From Mobula hypostoma (Eukaryota), in the NCBI RefSeq assembly GCF_963921235.1, contig NC_086107.1, positions 104,286,001 to 104,350,000 of the forward strand: a stretch of 64,000 bases of DNA, read 5' to 3'. The notes beneath the pieces are model-generated. The model saw only the letters and a list, made by a program, of their open reading frames with translations, ran no database searches and was not told where the DNA came from. Shown piece by piece: positions 52,201 to 61,200 of the stretch. The position numbers and the translations under genes are program-made. The number at the start of each line of letters is the position of its first letter. The first letter of the stretch is position 1.

Positions 52201-55200
52201 ATTAGGAAAGAGCAACTCAGGTCAACAAATGGAGACTGTGAGAGTCGGCACTAAGGAAGAAGAGGATGAGTCAAGTGAGGAACAGTTGGTGGAAGTGGAG
52301 GACATCAGTGTCACCTCTGGTGTTTGTTCCTCAGTTTGGTTAATGGGGTGGATTTCTCTCTGCGTGCACGGGGAGCCCAGGACTGGTCCAGCTCCAGCTC
52401 ACTGGCAGATATACAGACTATGTCTGGTGGTTTTACTCTGGATAGTTGACTACTCAGACTGGCCATTCCCAAGGGTTGGTCACTCTGTGATCAATAGATG
52501 ATCAAAGCATCAAAAAAAAAGATTAGCTTTATTTGTCACGTGCACAACAAGGTAAACAGTGAAATGCATCGTCTGCATCAACAACCAACACAGTCTGGAT
52601 ATGTGCTGGGCCGAGCAGTTTACAACTGTCACCACGCGTCCAGCACCAACAGAGCATACCCACAACTTCTCAACTCAAACACTACGTCCTTTAGAATGTG
52701 GAAGGGAACCGGGGCACCCAGGGGAAACCCACACGGCCGTGGGGAGACCGTGCCATCTCCTCACACACACTGGCGGGATTTGAACCCTGACCTTCCGATT
52801 GCTGGCACGGTAAAGCTTTACGTTAATCACTGTGCGACCATACCGCCATTGGACATCGGAGCTGTTCCAAATTGCTCCCAGGGGAGCGATTCTCCTGACA
52901 GAACCTCAGGCAGCGGGATATCCACTTGCTTCCCTCCACTCCCCCTCCCCGTTTCCGCCCAATTGCCCTCCGGAACTTTCAACCCTTTACACCCGTGTTT
53001 CAAGTGGTTGGTGCTTTGGCTGTGCATTGCTGCCTTCCCACAGAGAGGCATCAGATACCGTGGCGAAAAACTCAAGGACACGCCAGAGTATTGGAACATT
53101 CTAGAAATCAGAAAAGGACAAATAAAACAAAATGGGAAAACGCAAGTCACTAACGTAAAGCAGCAAGAAAAATAATATCGGAAAGGAGTGTCACTAAATA
53201 TATAACAAGAGTTTAAGAAGATTAAACAAGAGGCTGAGCTTGCTAAATTAATGAAGAAAGAACATGAAAAGGCCACAGCAGAGGAAGGTAAGGAAGAACA
53301 GAAGCACCATGAACAAGCCTTAAAATATCAGAAGGAGCTTGAAATGCAAGTTGATGAAAATGAACAAAGGAGACAGGAAGCATATGATGAATTCTTAAAA
53401 GATAAACTAAGGGTGGATGAAATTGTAAGGAAGATCTATGATGAAGATCAGAGGTAAACTTTATTTCAAGCATTTACTGTTTTTTGAGTTTTGTCCAAAG
53501 AATGTTGTACAATGTAAAGATATATTTCTGTCCTTTAGTAATTACTACTTCCAGAAATGTTTTTCAAGGTGAACTTTTGTTTAAGTAAAATGTAGCATTG
53601 TCAAGTTGTCTCCTGGAGGTCAGCGAGCACGATCTGTGTATTTGGTAAGGGCAGTTGGATATAATGGCCTCTGTGAAGTGTCATGAATTAATATCAAAGC
53701 TTCACATTTCTTTTCAATATCTTTTCAGTTATGTTTAAACTGAGCTCATATGACCAATTTGTCAAAAGTGCCAACTAATCACGAGTTGAGAGTAAAAGGG
53801 CAAAAGTTTAGGGGTAACACGAGGGGGAACTTCTTTACTCAGAGAGTGGTAGCTGTGTGGAACGAGCTTCCAGCAGAAGTGGTTGAGGCAGGTTTGATGT
53901 TGTCGCTTGAAGTTAAATTGGACAGCTATATGGACAGGAAAGGAATGGAGGGTTATGGGCTGAAGGCAGGTCGGTGGGACTAGGTGAGAGTAAGAGTTCG
54001 GCACGGACTAGAAGGGCCGAGAGGGCCTGTTTCCATGCTGTAATTGTTATATGGTTATATGGAAGAGAGCAGCTAAAGTGGACATTGGTCCCCTTGAGGA
54101 TGAATGAGACTGGGGAATTAGTTATGGAGAGACACTTATCTTTTTTAAATTAACAACTTATAATTTGTCTTTGTAAAGACAAAAAGTGACTGACAGGAAA
54201 TAATAAAGCAGTGTCGGTGGAGAGGGTTAGTGGGCAGAGGTGTTGATCAGCCTCACTGCTTGGGGAAAGCAACAGTTTTATTTATTCATTTACTGAGTTA
54301 CAGCGCAGAATAGATCCTTCCGGCCCTTTAACCATGTCGCCCAGCAAACCCTGATTTAACCCTTTCCTAATCACGGGACAACCTAGAATGACCAATTAAC
54401 CTACCAACCACTACGTCTTTGGACTGTGGGAGGAAACCAGAGCACCCGGAGGAAACCCATGCGGTCACGGGGAGAACGCACAAACTCCTTAGAGGCAGCG
54501 ATGGGAATTGAACCCGGGTTGCCTGCACTGTAAAGCGGGTGTGCTAACCACTTGTACTGTGCTGCCTCTTGAGTCTGATGGTCCTGGTATGAATGTTACG
54601 TAGCCTCCTCCCTGATGGGAGTGCAACAAACAGTCCATGAGCAGGGTGGCTGCCATCCTTCCAGGGGTGGTGGTGTGGCATGGGTGCAGACACATCCAGC
54701 TCTGAGACACCAGGCAAGATCATTTGTTTCCAAACAATTGGTTTATTGATCATTTCAGAATGTCTCTCTGGTGCTTCCCACTCCCTCCCCTCTCCCTGTC
54801 CTCTTCCCACTCTCAGTCCACAATAGGGACCCATATCAGAATCAGGTTTATCATCACTCACATGTGTCATGAAATTTGATGTTTTATGCGGCAGTACAGT
54901 GCAAAACATAAAATTACTACAGTAGTGTGCAAAAGTCTTCGATACCCCAGCCTAAGGCTTTTGCACAGTACTGTAGTAATTTTACACATGACAGTAATGA
55001 AGCAATTACCCATTTGAATTTCCAACACCAATTGATGAAGTGTTCCATAAAAGGTTATTTCATAAACTAAAGGTTGATACATCGTCATTAATAACGGTTT
55101 AGTAAACTATCAGGAATGTGGAAAAATGGATCATTTTCATCACGGCAACCTGTGAGTTGTGGGATTTCATATGAAACAGCACCGGGTCCTCGACTACTTA

Positions 55201-58200
55201 AATCCTTTGGTGATTACTTAGAGCAGGAGTTTCCCACCTGGGGTTCAGAGGCCCCTTGCTTAGCGCTATTGGTCCATGGCATAAAAAAGACGGAGGTGCT
55301 GAACGTGTTGTAGCCAAATTTGCTGGCAATACATAGAAAGATGGAAACGTGGGACAAAGCAGTCTATGTAGGAATATATATTGGCTACACAAGAGGGGAA
55401 AGCCTTGGCAGATGGAGTATAGCAGGAGGAAAATACAAGATTAATTGATGGATAGAAAGAGAAGCCAAAAAAAAAATCTATCCTACGCATTGAAGGATTT
55501 TGGCACATTCTTATTTAAAGCTTAGAAATTTAGCAAGGAGATACGACAAGTAATTAACTTAGACAAATTGACCTGCAAAGAACGTGGAGTGCAAAGGTTA
55601 GGGAAATTTGCCACAAATTTAGAAGGCTGGACATGGAGTACTGAATACAGTTTAGTCCTCCGTGGTTAAGCGCAGTTCAGAATAAGATCACTTCTTGAAA
55701 CAGATTGATTTATAAGGAATGGTTGACTAGGTTGGGCCAAATGCAATGGAGCTTATAACAATGAAGAACATCAAATGGAAGAGTACGCTCCTATTTCTAT
55801 TTTCTTAGGTGTCATAAGCTTATCTCAAACTGACAACTGACCCCACCGACACACGATTTCTCAGTCCAGCTCTACATCAATCATAGGGAGGGAGAATTTC
55901 TCAAATCTCTTGAAATCCTGAACTCCACAGAACCAACTTATCATCAAGTCTCTCGCCTTCATCCAGTGTTTCTTCACTAATCACAAATATCTCACCATTG
56001 TTATCTCAACTCCAGATATGAAACTTTTCATCAGGCCCCCAGCCATACCTTCTTCCAGGTTCCACGCCTGTTCCTTGTCCAATACAGCCTTGTCATGATT
56101 ATCTTGGTCCAGAACCAAGCAGTCCCCATTATCCAGAGACTCCGGATAGAGCTGCGTATTGCAAATCTCCTCCACGTTGATCTTGCAGGAGAAATCTTGG
56201 AAAGGTGCAACAGTGAGACAAATTGGAGATGGAGAGAGAAAACTGCACCTATTTCTCTGGTTAGTCTGATCACCTGCTAACTGACCTCCATGTCACCCAC
56301 CAGCATTTCAATCTGAATCTCTCCCATTCTCTACTAGAAGAATCTTCGGCTACTCAGTATTGAGGTCTCCAAGGTGACAAGCAGGTCTGGGTAGGGGCAT
56401 TCCACCTTGTTTAATTTCATCCAATTCACATCGAGATCAATGGTGTGCTGATTAAATGGCACAGTTCCCTGGCTACAGATACACTTCTTTTTCAATCTTT
56501 TTATTAATTTCAAAATACAGAAACAGAACATAGCCATAATACAAATAGAAGGAGATGTAATGTTACACTTAAAAAAATTAATTGCAAAACCAAGTAGTGG
56601 AAATTAACAAAGCTCCCAAACATGTAGAACTAACCACGGATAATACAAAATAAAAAAAAACTGGGAAAAAAATGAAAAAGAAAAAAAAACTACAGATACA
56701 CTTCTGAGTCAAACATTCCTGGTGTTACGCAACAGGAACCAGGATAAATGCCTCCCGATTCTCCCGTGCTAATCTTGTCATTTCCTTCGTTCAGCACAGC
56801 CTTTACAGCTCAAAGTCAAAGTCAAAATAAATTTATTATCAAACTAAGTATAGAGTCATAGAAAAGTACAGTACAGAAACAAGCCCTTCAGCCCATCTAG
56901 TCCATGCCAAACAATTTACAACTTCCACTCCCATCAACCTGCACCTCTGTACCCCTACCATCTATGTATCTATCCAAGTATACGTGACCACATGCTACCC
57001 TGAGATTTGTTTTCTTGCAGGTATTGAAGGGAAAATAAAATACAACAGAGTTTATGAAAACCATAAACAAAGACCGGCAAGAAATCACTATGCAAAAGAA
57101 GACAAATTGTGCCAAGTAAGTAGATGAGCCAAGAGCATGAGTTGGTGAGGCGACATTTCATCTGCGAATATGCTGGGGTTGTCTGTTGTGTCCAGCGCTC
57201 CCGATGAGGCCTCTTCTGCACTGGTGAGACCCCTCGTAAATTGGGGGACCACTTCATCAAACACTTCCATACCCTCCACCACAAGCAGGACTTCCTGGCG
57301 GCCAAACATTTTAATTCAGATTTCCCTTCCCGCTCCAAAGTGTCGGTCCATGGCCTCCTCCTGTGCCAAGCTGAGGCCACCCTCATTGTGGAGGAGCAAC
57401 ACCTTCTATTCTGTCTGGGTACCCTCCAACCTGATGGCATGAACACCAATTTCACGCCCTGCCTTCCCCTATTCTCCACTCTGACCTTTCACCTCTTCTC
57501 ACTTGTCTCTTACTTCCCCTTGGGTTGCCTCCTTCTTCCTTTTCTCTTATGCTCTACTCTTCCCTCCTATCAGTCTCCCTCTTCTCCAGCCCTTGACCAG
57601 GGGTGCAGTGCTAGCCGGAGCGCGCCCGGCTCCTCTTTAAGAAAAAAGCCAAAATATACAAGCTAGTTAATTAGGTGCCACCCAGGGTGATTTGAGTATC
57701 TCAGAAACTGCTGATCCCCTGGGATTTTTATGCACAACAGACTCTGGAGTTTACAAGGAATGGTGCCAAAAACAAAAAATAAAATCCAGCAAGTGGCTGT
57801 TCTGTGAGTGAAAACATCTTGTTAAATCCACTCACTGGATTTTTTTTTGTTTTTGGCACCATTCTTTGTAAACTCCAGAGTCTGTTGTGCATAAAAATCC
57901 CAGGAGGTCCGCAGCTTCTGAGACATTCAAATCACCCAAGGTGGCACCTAATTAATTAGCTTGTTTATTTCATGTTTTTTCTTAAAGAGGTGCTGTATGC
58001 GCTCCAGCTAGCACTGCACCCCTTCCCTTGACCTTTCCCACCCACCAGGCTTCACATATCACCTTCCAGCTATCCTCCTTCCGCTTCTCCCACCTTTTCA
58101 TTTTCCTTCCCCCACCACCTTTCCATTCTGGCACCTTCCCTCGTCTTTCTCAGTCCTGAAGAAGGGGCTCGCCCAAAATGTTGACTGTCTATTCTTTTCC

Positions 58201-61200
58201 ATGGATGCTACCTGACCTGTTGAGCTCCTCCAGCATTTTGTGTGTATTGCAGAGTCCTGGAAAGAGAATCCGTAGGCTGTGGATTCAATTTGGATTTGAG
58301 CTGGCTGAAGTTATCCAAGCTGGTCAGGAGCCTGATGGTTGTACAGTTAGAACTGTTCCTGAATCTGGTGGTGTGGGACCTCCTGCCCAGTGATAGAGAT
58401 GAGAAGAATGCATGGCCCGGGTGTTTGGGGTCCTTGATGATAGAGGCTGCTTTCTTATGGCGGTGCTCCTTGTAAATGTCCTCAATGATGGGGTGGGCTG
58501 GGCTGTATCTGACACTTTCCGTTTCAGGGCATTAATGTTTCCATATCAAGCCATGCTGCAGTCAGCCAGGGTACCCTCCCAATGCACTTCTAATATTACA
58601 TCTCCTATTAGCATCCTGCTTGACCCAGACCTTTTCTCTCCGAGAGAAATCTCCGTTTTGTTTCTCTCTCCTCCAACAAAGACCAATTCAATGGAGCTTA
58701 CACGTGACATCAAAGATCTTACCCCTAACCCACTGACCCGGAGACAATTCCAAGCCTATATGAGGGGTGATTGATAAGTTTGTGGCCTCAGGTAGAAGGA
58801 GTCAATTTTAGAAAACCTAGCACATTTATTTTTCAGCATAGTCCCCTCCTACATTTACACACTTAGTCCAGCAGTCGTGGAGCATACGGATCCCTTCTTT
58901 GTAGAAGTCAGTGTCTTGGACCTCCAGAAAGTGGTCCACAGCAGGGGTGATTGATAAGTTTGTGACCTAAGGTAGAAGGAGATGAGTTATTACCCTTCAA
59001 ACTTTCTGCATAATCACTCAAAGAGTTGAACTGTGTGTGCATGTAATGAGAGTTGTATAACTCATCTCCTTCTACCTTAGGCCACAAACTTATCAATCAC
59101 CCCTGCTGTGGACCACCTTCTGGAGGTCCAAGACGCTGACTTCTACAAAGAAGGGATCCGTATGCTCCACGACTGCTGGACTAAGTGTGTAAATGTAGGA
59201 GGGGACTATGCTGAAAAATAAATGTGCTAGGCTTTCTAATATTGACTCCTTCTACCTTAGGCCATGAACATATCACACCCCTCGTACATTAATTAGGTGA
59301 TGGACCAAATCTTTCTGTGGCAAGTTGCTCCCAGCTGTGTCCACAAGACTAATCTCATATCCGACACTGATTTCACAACCTATAGACTCACTTTCAAGGA
59401 CTCTACAATTCATGTTCTCAATATTATTTATTTTATATATATTTACACAGTTTGCCTTCTTTTGCACTTTGGTTGTTTGTTGGTCTTTATTTCTGTGTAG
59501 TTTTTTTATTGATTATCTTGTATTTCTTTGTTCTACTGTACATGGAAATTAATCTCAGGGATGGGTTACACCTGAACCTGAGGGGTACCAGTATCCTTGC
59601 AGGCAGGTTTACTCGAGCTGTGGGGGAGAGTTTAAAATCATTCGGCAGGGGGACGGGAACCAGAGTGATGGGGCGAAGGATGGGGCGATTGGTATAGAAG
59701 TCAACGCATTGCATAGTGAGACTGTGAGGAAAGACAGGCAGATGACAGGGCAAAATTGCAGTCAGTGGGACGAGTTATGGGGGCAAAATCAACAAGGTTG
59801 ATGAACATAGGACTGAAGGTATTATGTTTAAATGCAGGCAGTACAAGGAATAGGTGGATGATCTTGTAGTGCAACTAGTGATTGGCAGGTGTGACTTTGA
59901 GTCATTGAGGCATGGTTGAAAGAAGATTATAGTTGGAAACTTAACATCCAAGGATACACATTGTGTTGAAAGGACAGACAGGGAGACAGAGGCGGTGACA
60001 TGACTCTGTTGGTAAAAAATTTAATCAAATCTTTAGAAAGAGGTGACAAGAGAATCAAAAAAATGTAGAACCCTTGTGGGCAGAGTCAAGAAAATGCAAC
60101 GGTAAAAAGGACCCTGATGGGAGTTATACATACACAGATAGATTGGAAAAATCAGGTTGGTGCTGGATCTCAAGAGAGAGAATTTATAGAATACCTATGG
60201 GATGGCTTTTTAGTGCAGGTTGTGGTTGAGTCCAGTAAGGGAAACGTAATTCTATTGGGTGCTGAGGAATGAACCAGATTTGATTAGGGAACTTAAGGTA
60301 AAGGAACCCTTAGGAAACCGTGACCATAATATGATCAAATTCACCCAGCAGTTTGAGAGGGAGAAGATAAAGTCAGGTGTATCAGTATAACAGTGCAGTA
60401 AAGGAAATTACAGAGGTATGAGAGAGGAGCTGGCCAAAGTTGATTAGAATGGGACACCCTCAGGGATGATAGCAGAACAGCAATGGCTGGAATTTCTGGA
60501 GGCAGTGCAGAAACTACAGGATAGATACACCCCAAAGATGAAGAAGTATTCTAAAGTGAGTATGAGGCAACCATGCGCTTTTTAAGGAATAAATGTGTAG
60601 GCTATTTTCTAACTTACTTACTGTCCATTACGCCGCTGGCGTTTAGGGCAGCAGTGAAGGTCCTCCATCTCTGGCAGTGCTCAGAGCTTCCTTCATTATG
60701 TCAGTAGTTTTTTCTCAGTTTTCAATACTATCAGTCATGCAAGTCCCGGGTGGAAGCTCAGGAATTCCGTCACACTCAGATGTAGCAGGAGCCTTCATTG
60801 CTGTTTCCATAACAATTTTGCTTTACCATTCAGGGTTGTTAGCCGTGAGCAGAACCCCTAACCCTGGAAGACCGGTGGGCCATTTGTAGTCTGGCCTTTG
60901 ACCTGTTTGGCATGGGTGACCCTACCAATTGCCAAAGCTCTGACTCCGGCCAACATAGCTCTCTGGGTCATTGAGGCACGCAAGCCAACCAAACCCAACA
61001 TCAAGGTTGTAGTCCTCTTGAGGACCATTTTCTAAATGTGGAGAAAATTCAGAAATTAGAGGTGCAAAGGGTCTTGGGAATCCTTGCGCAGGATTCCCAA
61101 GGAAGGCAAATGCAATGTTAGCATTCTTTTCGAGACGACTAGAACGTGATGCTCAGGGTTAATAAGGCATTGGTCAGACTACACAGAGCACTGTAAACTG

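Noticed and set aside
52498..53175. 225-aa + strand ORF
   Set aside because: It runs through SINE sequence and the MNS1 leader out of frame, with no coherent protein.
53224..53453. Functional nested MNS1 gene
   Set aside because: The segment has no splice acceptor, the N-terminal part has stops and frameshifts, and no other MNS1 exons are found in the window.
55830..56460. Non-repetitive-looking stretch with several short ORFs
   Set aside because: It has no splice-compatible exon or recognisable motif. It is possibly a decayed retroelement but cannot be classified by eye.
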